A stretch of 63,130 nucleotides of DNA, counting the filler, from Blastocystis sp. subtype 4 (Eukaryota): assembly GCF_000743755.1 (NCBI RefSeq). It is 16 parts of 16 records of this genome, joined end to end, with 100 filler letters (N's around TTAATTAATTAA, not from the genome) between each part and the next. Parts side by side here need not be neighbours in the genome. Positions count along the whole stretch, not along the records: positions 10,663 to 14,074 come from NW_014568979.1; positions 14,175 to 17,607 come from NW_014568978.1; positions 17,708 to 21,103 come from NW_014568977.1; positions 21,204 to 24,591 come from NW_014568976.1; 12 more parts are not named here. The stretch is one strand, 5' to 3'. A model generated the notes under the pieces. It worked only from the letters and a program-made list of their open reading frames with translations, searched no databases and was not told where the DNA came from. Of the stretch, positions 11,006 to 22,760 are shown piece by piece. Numbering within the stretch: the first letter of the stretch is position 1; each line of letters begins with the position of its first letter. The position numbers and the translations under genes were made by a program.

Positions 11006-13801
11006 TCATTCGAGAATTTCAACCAAACCCTTGTTTCCATCAATACGAATTCGCATTCCAGTTTTCAACTTGGTTGTCAGTCCAATCACATTAACAACAC
11101 AGGGAATTCCCATCTCACGGGCTACAACACTTCCATGAGTCAGTGGACCTCCGATTTCAATTGCAACCCCTCCAGCAGGAACAAAAAGAGGTGTCCAACC
11201 AGGATCCGTAGCTTTGGCCACTAGAATATCACCTTTATTCAACATCGTTGTATCTGGATCTGTCGCCACGACAGCTCTACCCTCCACAATACCTGCAGAG
11301 GTTGGCATTCCCTTAAGCATATTCGGTGGAAGATTTTCCATTTCCTTTATAGTAGCCTTCGAGACAGATCGCATTACACATTCAGGACCAAAAATAATAC
11401 GAGGAAACTGCATAGTCCGACCTAATGCATCCTCTTCACGACGTTTCTTCACCAACTGGTCAAATACAGCCACTTTTCCTTCTTCGTAGTCACACAACTC
11501 CTCCATCTTGAGAAAGAACACATCTTCCACGGATTCAATCAGTCCTTGCTTCTGGAGTTTTTCTCCTATTCTGAGAATCAATTCACGGAAGAAGCCAAAT
11601 AGTGTGATGATGAGATACTTGGGACTCTCACGGTTAATCAAGAAGCATTGTGCAACAGGTAACAATGATTCTACCTTCTTATGATCACGTTTCGATAGTT
11701 TTGATAAGACGCTCTGTATTGCAATTTCACGTTCACGATCTCCTTCGTCTTCATCTTTGTATCCATTAGTATCCAGATTAAACACCATTGCAAGAACAAG
11801 AACAGGACGATGTTCATATCGAGGGACAGCAATATCAATCTCACCAGGACCACGACGACCAAATCGTAACATGAAATCATTCCACTCCTTTGCAAGGTTT
11901 TGTTTCTCTGGATCGGATGACTCATGACATGACATAATGAAGGCTCTCACAGCATCATTATCCTTATTCTCAATGATTCTAGTTACTTGTTCTTCGATTT
12001 TCGGATCATTCTTCATTATAGACTTCAGAATAATAGCAAGACGAATCATTTGATGATTCATCTGATTTGCAACGTTCTCACGACGATTCCCCCAGGTAGC
12101 CTCTACCTCTTCTTCAGGAATGTCATATTTTCGAGTGATTTTCTTAATATTCAGTTGGGTAATGATCGTGATTATGAGCATAGGAATACACTTTGGTACA
12201 ATCTCATAGAAGACATTACCAAACACAGTACGTGCCTGATGAAGTGAGTATTCAGGATCGTTTTCCATCTTCTCTGTTTCTTGTTTGATTAAATGATGAA
12301 CACCACTGAATGTAGTATCAAACGTCGATTGAATCACTTCAGCACTCGGTTTATGAATCATATTTCGAATCAAGTTGGATGCAAGACGTTTCCAAATCTT
12401 CTGATAAAGCACTTTCAATTGTTTGAATGACATGGACTTCTTATAGCATGAATAGTCCTCATCATAACCTTCTTTGACAATCTAACTTTCATTCTACATT
12501 ACAACTCAAACAGCTCCAATTTCTTTGTCGATATGACCTCCAATTATTTCTATTCATGATTCATAGCAACAGTTCTTACTCACAAAGATACGTCGAATTG
12601 GTGCCAACATCAACAGTACAGCTATGTTAACATACAAATATCCATTAACTTGGGTAACGTACTTCTCTGAACAACCCACCAAGAAACGAAAAACAGATGC
12701 ACCCATCGGAGACATAGGATCTGTTAGCATCTGAACATTATCTACAAATAACGGAGTGAATCAAATCTAACTGAAGGACATCCAAACACTCCATTGAGGA
12801 GTATTTCTCAGAGGATTCAAACTCTCTGGTACTGATATCAGATGGGTGATTGGACGTGCCTGAACGATGTACAGAGATCCTTGATAATAGCAGAACTCTA
12901 TATCCATTGGCTTTGAGTAATACTTTTCAATCAAACACGATGTTGAAGCCACTTCCATCACTTGATCTGAAGTGAAACTGCATTTTTTCCCTTCTTCTCC
13001 TAACTCAACCTTTTCTGTTCCTGGTTCAGGGAATTTCGATACAAGTTTGTACTCCTGATGACCAGGACAACAGTCTACAATTCGCATCTTACGAGAACCA
13101 TATGCTTTGCGAATCGTCCAGTGATCTGTACTTACCATACCACTAACTAACGCCTCCCCAAGCCCTTGGACTCCATCGAGGGACATTTCACCTCGAGAAC
13201 CAGTCTGAGCATCTGCCGTAAAAATGACACCAGAGCATTCAGAAGGGATCATCACCTGAATAACTACAGCAATTGCAGTGTTGAACATTGAAAAACCATT
13301 CTCTTCACGATACGTAATTGAACGTTTGCTAAATAGGGATTTCCAACACTGCTTGATTGCATTACAAATAGCAGTAGTTTCTGCTGGGACATTGAGAAGA
13401 GTATCATTCATTCCAGCAAAACTAGCTTCGTCCAGATCTTCCATTACTCCCGAAGAGCGAACAGCAAAAAGTGGGGCAGGATCAGACTGGAACTTGATTA
13501 ACATATGATCAATAGCATCATACAATGTGGAAGAGATAGGCGTATCCTGAAATAAGGAATGAATCATATTGCATTTCTCGTCGAGAGATCCTAGATAGTC
13601 TTCGACCTTCTGAATAAGAGAACAAGAACTAGCAAATTCCATAAAAGCAGATGCCTTTACGACAAAACCAGATGGGACACGGAAACCACCACGTGTCAAC
13701 TGTATAAGATTATACCCTTTCCCTCCTAGCGAAGCGACGGTTGGCTCCTCTTCTTTCTCAGTAAACTAGGGTTTATTCAGTGTACCCACTTGTAACGTCA
13801 T
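11006..13801 (-). CDS. Rifampicin phosphotransferase-like PEP-utilising enzyme (ATP-grasp + central domain + C-terminal His swivel), ~893 aa, 4 introns
   Basis: Motifs LGGKGYNL, AVRSSGVMED..ASFAG, GLGEALVSG, DIEF...YIVQARPIT, VQMLTDPMSPMG, FGRRGPGEIDI, RESPKY and TDPGWTPLF...GGPLTHGSVVAREMGIP. GT-AG introns at 13766-13789, 12742-12771, 12550-12579 and 12482-12511 restore one continuous frame. Confidence 0.85.
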
Positions 13802-14009
13802 AAATGTGATTCATTTCAACAGTAACCCAAGTGCAAGTATTACCAACTAAGAAATAGCTTTCGAAATCTCATTGGCGCAATCTTGGGCTGAATACCACAT
13901 TTGAGGTAAAACTGCCATATGACACAAGAAGGAAGAATCTCAGTAGAAACTAATTGTCGAAAGACTTGTTGTATATTTATTTTTGTTTCGGTCCTAATTT
14001 GATAGAATC

Positions 14010-14074
14010 ATGCCTGAAGTACATTATAAGACCCAAACAGTAACTGGTAATGATGCCGCTTCTTATATTGCGTA
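14010..14074 (+). CDS. Possible N-terminus of pyruvate:ferredoxin oxidoreductase (truncated by spacer)
   Basis: MPEVHYKTQTVTGNDAASYIA resembles the PFOR N-terminal xGNxAAAxVAY motif. Only ~21 codons are visible. Confidence 0.4.
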
Positions 14075-14174
14075 NNNNNNNNNNNNNNNNNNNNNNNNNN
14101 NNNNNNNNNNNNNNNNNNTTAATTAATTAANNNNNNNNNNNNNNNNNNNNNNNNNNNNNNNNNNNNNNNNNNNN

Positions 14175-16469
14175 CGAACAACTGCATCGAAATAGGATGT
14201 GGTGTAACTGTCAGTAATAGCAACAATGGCAATAGCAATCGTGTTACTTCCAGATTGAAGGAATGTCACTGGAGTGGTTACTGTTGAAGTCTGCATCTGT
14301 TTACCTGGAAGAGTCACAACATAGTACTTCAAATCAGTATATGAATTGTCAACAGTGGATGAAGTCGACAAATCTCCAATCACTCCATTTCTCCATGCTT
14401 CATTTCCATTCAAATACACAATCACTCCATATCTGTATCGAATTGATACAATCAATCCAGACACTTCATTCAATGAGGCAATGTTGAATGTCTTCTTGTA
14501 CAACTGAATACGATTTGAAGAAGTAGGGAATGATCCTCTAGCAGCCTGTTGCCAACCTGATGTATCATCACCAAACCAATTGGTAGGCACTTCACCCATC
14601 TTATAATACCATTGTTCTGAATGATTGATAGAAGGACGACGAAGATACTGACTAATCATGTTATTTTGATAGCCATCATATCTACCCTTCACAACCATCT
14701 CCTGTTCACCCTCAGGGAACAGAGAATACATATAGAAATAGGAATTCGAGTACCATGCTGTTGCTGTAGTATAGAAGGTGACATCGAATCGATCGACAGT
14801 AATGCACATATACGTTTCCCAATCTGTATCAGCAGCATGAGAATGACCAGATTGAACCTCAAAAAGAATATCATCATTAGATGAATCACGAATTCTGAAA
14901 TACTCATTCTGAGGATTGTACTTGTAGGTTCGAACAATCTTGTAGAATGTCCCAACACATTCATTAAAGGTAATACTAATAGTAGTTTGAAGTTGGCTTG
15001 TTCCTATCGTAGATGTAATCTGATAAGATGTTGATGGAGAAGCAACAGTTGCTGTTCCAGAAATGATACAATCAATCGATACACCAGAGGGAAGTGCAGG
15101 AGTAACCGAGCAACCACTGTAACCAAACATAGTAGGAACAATAGAAACGACATCATAGTCCTTGTAGAACGAATATTGGCTTTGAGGATAGGATATACTC
15201 GTTGGAGCAGCCCGATTACAGACAAGAAATTGGAGTTCATGCACAAATATAGCTCCTGCCTGAGATGTTTGAGCATTGAATCGAATCAGAGGGTACTTGG
15301 GAAGTGTACTCACTAAATCCCATTGAGCCCATGTACTTGATTCGTAAACTTGTCCAGAAATGAGTATAATAGTATTCCAATCAGATGATGTGGACGTTGC
15401 ACCTTCAATCGAAAAACTACTTGGTCCATTTGTCGGATTCGTATAAGTCCATAAACGAAAAGAATTGATTTGAGGAATAGATCCGGATATCTCGAAAGTG
15501 AGTGAACCAGGAGGATCAGAAAGATATGCTCCAGTGTTCCGTGAAAAAGTTATAGCATAACTTGGATTGGAGAATCCTGTTGATGTAGCTGTTACTTCAC
15601 TCGGAGTGACAAAACAATTGTTTGTAGAACTCAAACCAGCCATAAGTGAGATGAATCCATCAAACTGAATTTGTCCAGAGGTTGAAAGATCCACAGGGTG
15701 GACTTCAACTGCTAAAACACTCAACACAGTCACGTCACTAGCTGGACGAATGACTCCATGAAACCCATAGATTGAATAGTCTCCTACGGCTGCAGTACTA
15801 CTCGTTGGTTCACCATCAGGCATGTTGTCTCGATAAACTTCAACACCATTAATGTAAGCCACAACTCCAGATTGATAGTTCAGTTGTAATTCGAAAGCAG
15901 CCATATTGTCAATTCCAGTGAACTGCCTACGGAAATACTGAACTCCTTGTCCGTAAACGGCTTCACCACCTGCTATATATTCAGTCCAGGTGCTATCATC
16001 AAAGCTGTACTCTTTCCAGGTTCCAGAGGGGTTATTAGTGTATTTCCATGCCTCATTCTTGTTAATGGGAGAGTATAAAGACAAAGGCTCTGTTTGAGAA
16101 CTACCGGCTGTCATCATTGCCTTGTATACCACATTCCCATTAATACTCTCGAACTTGATCCAAGCTCCATCAGACCAAGAATCACCATAACCATCGATCA
16201 TTTCTAGAGTATACTGATGGTTTGTAGAAGCTGATAAACACACTTCAATCTCTCTTTCATCATTATCAGTCAATGAAGGAGAAGTATAAACTACTGTTGA
16301 ACCAGAATAGATCCTGAATGACTCTTCACTAGAGAAGTACGCAGTCTTCTTCGTAATCTTTGTATACACCTGGTCAGAAAGACAATCAAGAGCGGAAGCA
16401 AATACAGCTAATAATGATTTAGACAATATGCAATATACAAAGAACAATTAAAATCAAATATCGATCCAT
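14175..16469 (-). CDS. Large surface protein, N-terminal half (signal peptide, galactose-binding-like and Ig-like domains)
   Basis: ATG at 16469; a 31-nt intron gives the signal peptide MDRYLILIVLSVFASALDC. Motifs DGYGDSWSDG, YQSGVVAYINGVEVYRDN and PALPSGVSI. Confidence 0.8.
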
Positions 16470-16650
16470 TCTGACAAAAAGAATATGTGATGCTAATTGT
16501 GATTACTAGTGTTTCGAATTCTATTAGAATGCACGAACAGTAATCATATATAATAATAGCAGCCTTGTGTTTCAATTATCGGAAATGTGTCGATCGGAAG
16601 TTTAGAATTGATTTTTCTATTAAGTCAGTTATGTTGTTTTCTTTATTGTA

Positions 16651-17107
16651 GTTGAAACAATGTACACTGAAGTTAACCTGGTAACTGGACATGAAATCAC
16701 CAAAAGAGAGCGTCAATGCATATTAGACCTTTAAAATATGTGGATTATTTAATGCTTCTCAACTAGTCTCCTTTCATATGTTCTGGGTTACATTTAGTCC
16801 ATGACAACTCTTAGGATTCGATGTGCTCATGAAAACAGTTTGAAAGGAAGAGAACAAGTGGATTTATCAAATGGATTGAACTGTATTCGAATCTACAGTA
16901 ATCTGGTAAAGCAGATGATATCATTTGAAACAAGTCCATTAGTGGATTGTATGATCTATTCAATGTTCGTTTAGTCATTTGAACATGCCAGGAGTTCATA
17001 TGAGTGATTTGCGTTCGGTTCAGTTTGATGTGTATGATTGCGATGGTGAAGTAGTATCAATTGCTTCTGATATCTACATCTGTTTGAGCTGTAATGCAAT
17101 CGATTAA
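16651..17107 (+). pseudogene. Decayed penton/minor-capsid-like viral gene remnant
   Basis: Reading through stops and a frameshift gives PGNWT..., LLSYVLGY, VDLSNGLNCIRIYSNLVKQ and SVQFDVYDCDGEVVSIASDIYICLS*. This is the motif order typical of single-jelly-roll pentons of Polinton-like elements. It is absent from the ORF track. Confidence 0.55.
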
Positions 17108-17707
17108 CCGTGGTAAACCTGTGAATTCGCAGATTGAAAAGGTAGTTGAACTGATTATTTACCGTGGACTGGGTTCTATAATAAGCCTGAATTGTTCAGA
17201 TGCCCGAGTATAGCTTGATTATTTAGGTGCACTTGGTTAGTTAAATGCATCTGAAAAGAATTGCAGTACTCTTTTAACCAATTCAGACGCCATAGTACAA
17301 CTACAATTATCCCTGTAGCTATCAACTTGTGTACAATATCTCAAACCCTGTGTTCAGTGCCAACTGCCTTGAAAACAGTCCAGTTGATATACATAGATGT
17401 TGATGAGATCTGTGGTTGTTTAATGTATTATTATGCATTATTTGTCATAGGGTAGTTTGAGATTCGAGACACTACAAACTTGTGACCTCTATTATATCCC
17501 TTATCATCATTCCTTTCCATTTCCATCTCGTTTCACTCCTTCAATCCAATCTCCACTCCATCCTCCTTCATATCTCTTATTCCCTCTTTCATCATATTCA
17601 ATCATTCNNNNNNNNNNNNNNNNNNNNNNNNNNNNNNNNNNNNNNNNNNNNTTAATTAATTAANNNNNNNNNNNNNNNNNNNNNNNNNNNNNNNNNNNNN
17701 NNNNNNN

Positions 17708-20456
17708 GGAGGAAGAGGTGGAAGTGGATTCCAATGGAGAGGAGGTAGAATATGTGGAAGAGGAGGTGGAGGTGACGGATGATGAAGATGAGACAGTTGC
17801 AGAACCAAAAGCAGAATCTGCAAAGAAAACAACAAGTGTTTCAGGAGCTAAGTCCAAAATGGAAGAGGTATTTGATATTAGTATTGATTAATAAATAGCT
17901 GGAGAGTCAATTGGAGGAAGAACGAGAAAATGTGACGTTGCTTCAAGAGAGTGTGTTTCTTGGGTTTATGTGATGGGAATAGAGGTGGATGAGTTAGAAG
18001 CGGATAATAAGGCGAAAGATAAGGAGATTGCAAAGCTAACCAAAACAATCGCTAAGAGTAAGTCAAAGAAGGAAACTCAATCCCTTGTTGAAGAATTAAT
18101 ATCCTTGTTTCTCATCATCTGTAAGTGTCCTTCATTCGTACGAAGAGGCACGAGCAGAAGCAGAACAAGCCATGCAACAAGTACGTGCTCTTCAAGAGAT
18201 GGTTCGAAGTCAACCAAGTGGAGCCAGTGGTTCCAGTGCTGATAGTGTGGAGATGAAGGTGCTTCAACGGAATCTGGAGGCAACACAGGCAGAATTGGCA
18301 AAAACAGAAGCTCGTGTGAATGAAGTTCTTCAGGAGAAGACAAAGTTGGAACAGAATCTGTTTCGTTCTCATCAAGAGTTGAAGGATCTACAGGATAGTT
18401 TGGATGCTCGTGTGGCGAGTAAGAGTAACTCTCTGAAGTTGGAACTGGATACAGTGAAGACGGACTTGGATATGATGCGACAGACGGTGAGGATGAAGAG
18501 AGATGATAGATAGAAAGAACAGTTGGAGAGTCAAGTGAAGAAGCTGGAGAAGGAGGTGGAAGAAGCACATTTGACGAGTAGCAGCACAGCAGCAGAGAAT
18601 GAAGAAAGAAGAGTGAATGCAGTACGCAAGGAGTACGAAGATCAGATAGCAGCATTGAATGAGCAAATCACGATTATGCAAACAGCTTTGAATGAGGAAG
18701 AAGTCAAAACAACCAAACTCCATGAAGAGATGGAAGTGAATGTGAAGGTGAGTGTGAGAATAGAGAATGAGAGATAGCTGAATCGAGAAAAGGAAGAACG
18801 ATTGCAACAACGTGTGGAATCTCTGAGTTGTGAGTTGAATGATGCAAATGAGCGAACTCGAGCTGTTCAGAAGGAGAAGGAAGAGAAGGAAATGGAGATA
18901 GTGGAGTTGAATCGTCGTGCTGAAGCAGCATTAGCAACAGCCCGTGTAGTACAAGAGAGACAGACAGAACAGGAAACTGTGAGGATGGATGAAAGAATTA
19001 ATGATAGATTGTGGCTCAAGAGAAAGCAGCACGTTCTCAAGCAGAACAACGCAGTATCGCTTTGTTAACAGAGAAGAAGAACTGGGAATCAACGTTGAGT
19101 GATCGTGATGTGAGAATTGCTGAGCTGGAGAAACGTGTATCAGAGTTGGAGGAGTGTGAAGCTGATCTGAAGTTGGAACTGAAGGTAGGAGTTTGTAAGT
19201 GAGTTGAGATTGAGACTGTAACGAAACGAAGTGCATCTACAGTGGCTGAGGTGCGTGCTGAGATGCGTAATATCCAAGAGACTTGTCTTCAGCAGATCGA
19301 ACAGGTACAAGCCGAGAAGGAAGCAGAAGCAGCTGTATGGGAGAAGGAGAAGGTTCGTTTGGGAGCAGAGACAGAAGAACTACAAAATACATTTGTGAAA
19401 CAACGTGAAGCATTAGAGAGTGAGAACGACAAGGAAAAACAACGAATCATCAATCAATATGAGAAGGAGCGTACGAAGCTGTTAGCAGACTTCGAGAAAC
19501 AGAAGAAACAGTTGGAGGCTGAGAAGGAAGGAGCTGTGAATAGTGCGAACAAGGAAGAGAAGACATTAACAAAGAAGCTGAAGGCTGAAGCAGAAGCTGA
19601 ATGTGCTGCGAAGTTAAGTGAACTGAGAAAGCAGCTTGAAGCCGCTCATCAAGCCACCATTCAACGTCTCCAAGCTGAACAGGCAGCTCAATTAAATCAA
19701 GTTCAGACAGCAGCTCAAGAACAATTGAACAAGCTGAAGGAAGAGTGTATACGCCGTTTGGAGCAACAGAAGAAGGAGTTGGAGTCAAAACAGGCAACTA
19801 TGCCAGATCTGGGTTTCTCAGCAGCCGTTATGATAGATCCATTCGCAGGAATCCCTACAGGGACAACACCTAGTTCGTCTCCTCAACCAGAGCCAGAATC
19901 TGTTGGAAATGCTCTTGAAGACTTTGGTGACTTGGGAGACTTCAAGTCGATTCCAATTCCTGAAGTGACTGTGCCTGAGGTAACAATACCTGAAGTGACT
20001 GTGGATACGAGTGCACTGGATTCATTGCGAGCTGTAAGGATTGGATTTAGGTGTGATGTGTAGGAGAATGAGTCATTGCGAGCTCAGCTAGAATCCCTGC
20101 GAGAAGAGAATGAACAGAACACCCAAGTATTGACCTTCAAGATGGAACAGATTGCAGCGATGCAACAGGCAACACAGGAAGTGGAAGAGAAATTGGCACA
20201 AGTAACTGCAGAATTGAATGCTGAGAGAGAAGCACGAGGAAAAGAAGCAAGTCAAGGAAAAGAGGAGAAGGAAGTGAAGTCATTGAAGGAGACGAAACAG
20301 ACGAAGGAGACAGGTAGCAAGAATAAACTCCAGAAGAAACTGGATAAGAAGAGTGCTGTGAAGGAAGAGAAACCCAAGAAGAAGTCATTATTCAGTCGAA
20401 AGAAAGAAGAAACGAGTTCGAGTGATTCTGAGGACAGTGAGGAGGAAGCACTTTAA
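17708..20456 (+). CDS. Long coiled-coil protein, multi-exon, 5' truncated
   Basis: E/K/Q-rich heptad-like ORF segments separated by short GT-AG introns, ending SEDSEEEAL* at 20456. Confidence 0.7.
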
Positions 20457-20495
20457 GTTTGTTTGCCTTGTTGTAGTCATGTTTGTTTCCTCCCA

Positions 20496-21094
20496 ATGGC
20501 AAGTAGGTGATTGAGACTTGAAACGATTTGTAGCTCCTGTATCAACACCAAAGATCATCAATTTGGGAGACTACAGCGTTCCTCAACTTGAGAACCTATA
20601 TCAGACAATGGCTAATGTAATTTGTTTTTCTATCTTGTGACATAAATAGCAACGGGATAATTACTTGTCGATGTTGAGTCAAATGGAAGATACGTGTCAA
20701 AAGGCAGACCAAGCGGTAAAAGCACTTCAATGTATGCAACCCATTAATGCTTGTACTAGGGTGATGTGGATAGAGTAATAGAATAGCAAATGACATTCTG
20801 ATTCCTGTATCTGCCAGTGTGATGGTGCCAGGAAAGTTAGAGAATGTTGACCATGTGTTTGTATCTGTGGGAGCTGGATATGTGATTGAGAAGAGTGTGG
20901 AAGAGGCGCGTGAGTTTTTCAAAGCTAAATCGGGTATCATTGAACCAAATATCAAATCTCTACGAAACCAGGCAATGAGTGTGGAAGAACAGTTGCCCAT
21001 AGTTCAACAAGTGAGTAATTCTTCCAAGGATAAAGGGTAGATGATTGAAGTGAAGAAAGCTCAGTTGAAACAACAACAAGCAGCAACCAAGTGA
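20496..21094 (+). CDS. PFDN5: Prefoldin alpha subunit (subunit 5-like), multi-exon
   Basis: DILIPVSASVMVPGKLENVDHVFVSVGAGYVIEKSVEEAREFF is the prefoldin-alpha beta-hairpin signature. Confidence 0.8.
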
Positions 21095-21203
21095 ATAGAA
21101 TGANNNNNNNNNNNNNNNNNNNNNNNNNNNNNNNNNNNNNNNNNNNNTTAATTAATTAANNNNNNNNNNNNNNNNNNNNNNNNNNNNNNNNNNNNNNNNN
21201 NNN

Positions 21204-21263
21204 TCAACATACAATTCTTATTATCATTCAATACACTCTCTTTCAAGTACTCTTTCCACTTCA
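21204..21263. repeat. 60-nt segment shared with 51125-51184; both lie near contig starts (multicopy gene-family sequence)
   Basis: TCAACATACAATTCTTATTATCATTCAATACACTCTCTTTCAAGTACTCTTTCCACTTCA is present in both places. The minus strand reads KWKEYLKESVLNDNKNCML. Confidence 0.85.
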
Positions 21264-22357
21264 TTCTCCATTCTACTCCATTCATCTTCTTTGATATCGA
21301 TTCAACATTATCTACACTCATATTCTTATTATCAATCATTCATCAATCAAGAAATCAACATGATCTATCTGTTCAACATTACCTGTTACTAATTCACGGG
21401 AATCAATTCAATTCATTGCCCTCAATATACTTCTTCTCCTTCAATCATTCTCTTCAAGATGGTATCAAATATGTCGATTGTCATTATCATCATACAGCTT
21501 CTATAAATGGTCCATCCTCATATGTGTCTCGATTTGTCAATGGATTCAATACTCTCTTTCCTTCAAATATTCTTCTTTGCTCCATGAATCCGTTTTGAGA
21601 TCATATTTGTGCTCTTTTGATTAAATTCTATAGTATGTCACTGACTTATACTCCATACCATGACTCTTGGGACTGAGACTTGATATGTGGAATATCATAT
21701 TCCTTTATTAATCCAAAGTGGAATCAAATCTTGAAATCAGTTCAAAACTGGCATACATCAAACAGGGATATTCGTTCATTCTCATCTGTCTCAATTCAAA
21801 CGCTCATACTTCCAAACATGTTCTTAAGCACACTTCCTGTTAAGTCAAATCTACCCTACCATCCTTCATATACATTGCACATTCATTATTTCATTCTTAT
21901 TCTTATTATAGAACTTGGTTGAATCTGTAATGAAAGCAGTGATTGTATCATCCTTAATCATTCTGACAACCATCTGTATCACTCAAGAATTGAACAACAG
22001 TCTGGTCTTGTTTGTTACTAGGTTTATACTTGATTTACTTTTTCACTTTGGAAGGATTGATTGATATTGTTGGATCACCTGATAATCCTACTGAAACACT
22101 GATGATTTGAGATATGCTTATCATTATGAATGATTCTCTTGTTATTGACTTCAATCAGATCATTTTGAATGTGTATGGAAAAAGATGAAAGAATAATCAT
22201 TTAGTAATAGTGAACAAAACGAAACACGTATTATATTCAGATTGATTTGAAGATATCATCACAGTCGTTGTTAATAATACCCAACAAATTGGCTCAAAAT
22301 GGTAAAGTGAGTCTTCTATTTTGATAACTGTTTTCGAAAGTGACCCCGCATAGCCAT

Positions 22358-22600
22358 CTAGGGTTGGAGGACCATATTGGTAACAGTTGTTGCTTTCAAT
22401 TTGTACGTGATATACGTCAAAACCTTACTAGTAGTATTCCAATCACTTGACATATCACTCTGTATCACTTTCCAATCTGTGTATTCAATATGGAAAGGGA
22501 AATACATTGAGAACACAGTTGATACATAGATCGGTATGAATCCTGTCTGTTCATTTCTATGATATCCAACTCCACCTCTCCACATCAACAGTATAAGGTG
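22358..22600 (-). pseudogene. Degenerate fragment of the large surface-protein family
   Basis: PIYVSTVFSMYFPFHIEYTDWKVIQSD nearly matches PVYVSTVFSTYFPFQIEYTDWKVIQSD in the 60363-63130 gene, but it is an isolated fragment flanked by frame breaks. Confidence 0.7.
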
Positions 22601-22760
22601 AACGTTTCCTCATAAAGTAGATGGAAATGGGGATCAAGATTATCCTAGAGTATCCGTATTCGTTATTGCTATTGTAGTGCCCTCAATAGTATTAAGGAGA
22701 ATAATATCAACAAGCTCCATATTCTAACCAAAATTCATAAGTTATAATACTGTTCCAGTA

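Noticed and set aside
11006..13801. Annotation as PEP synthase/PPDK or as two separate genes
   Set aside because: Introns join the two ORFs, the His domain is C-terminal, and no pyruvate-binding barrel is present.
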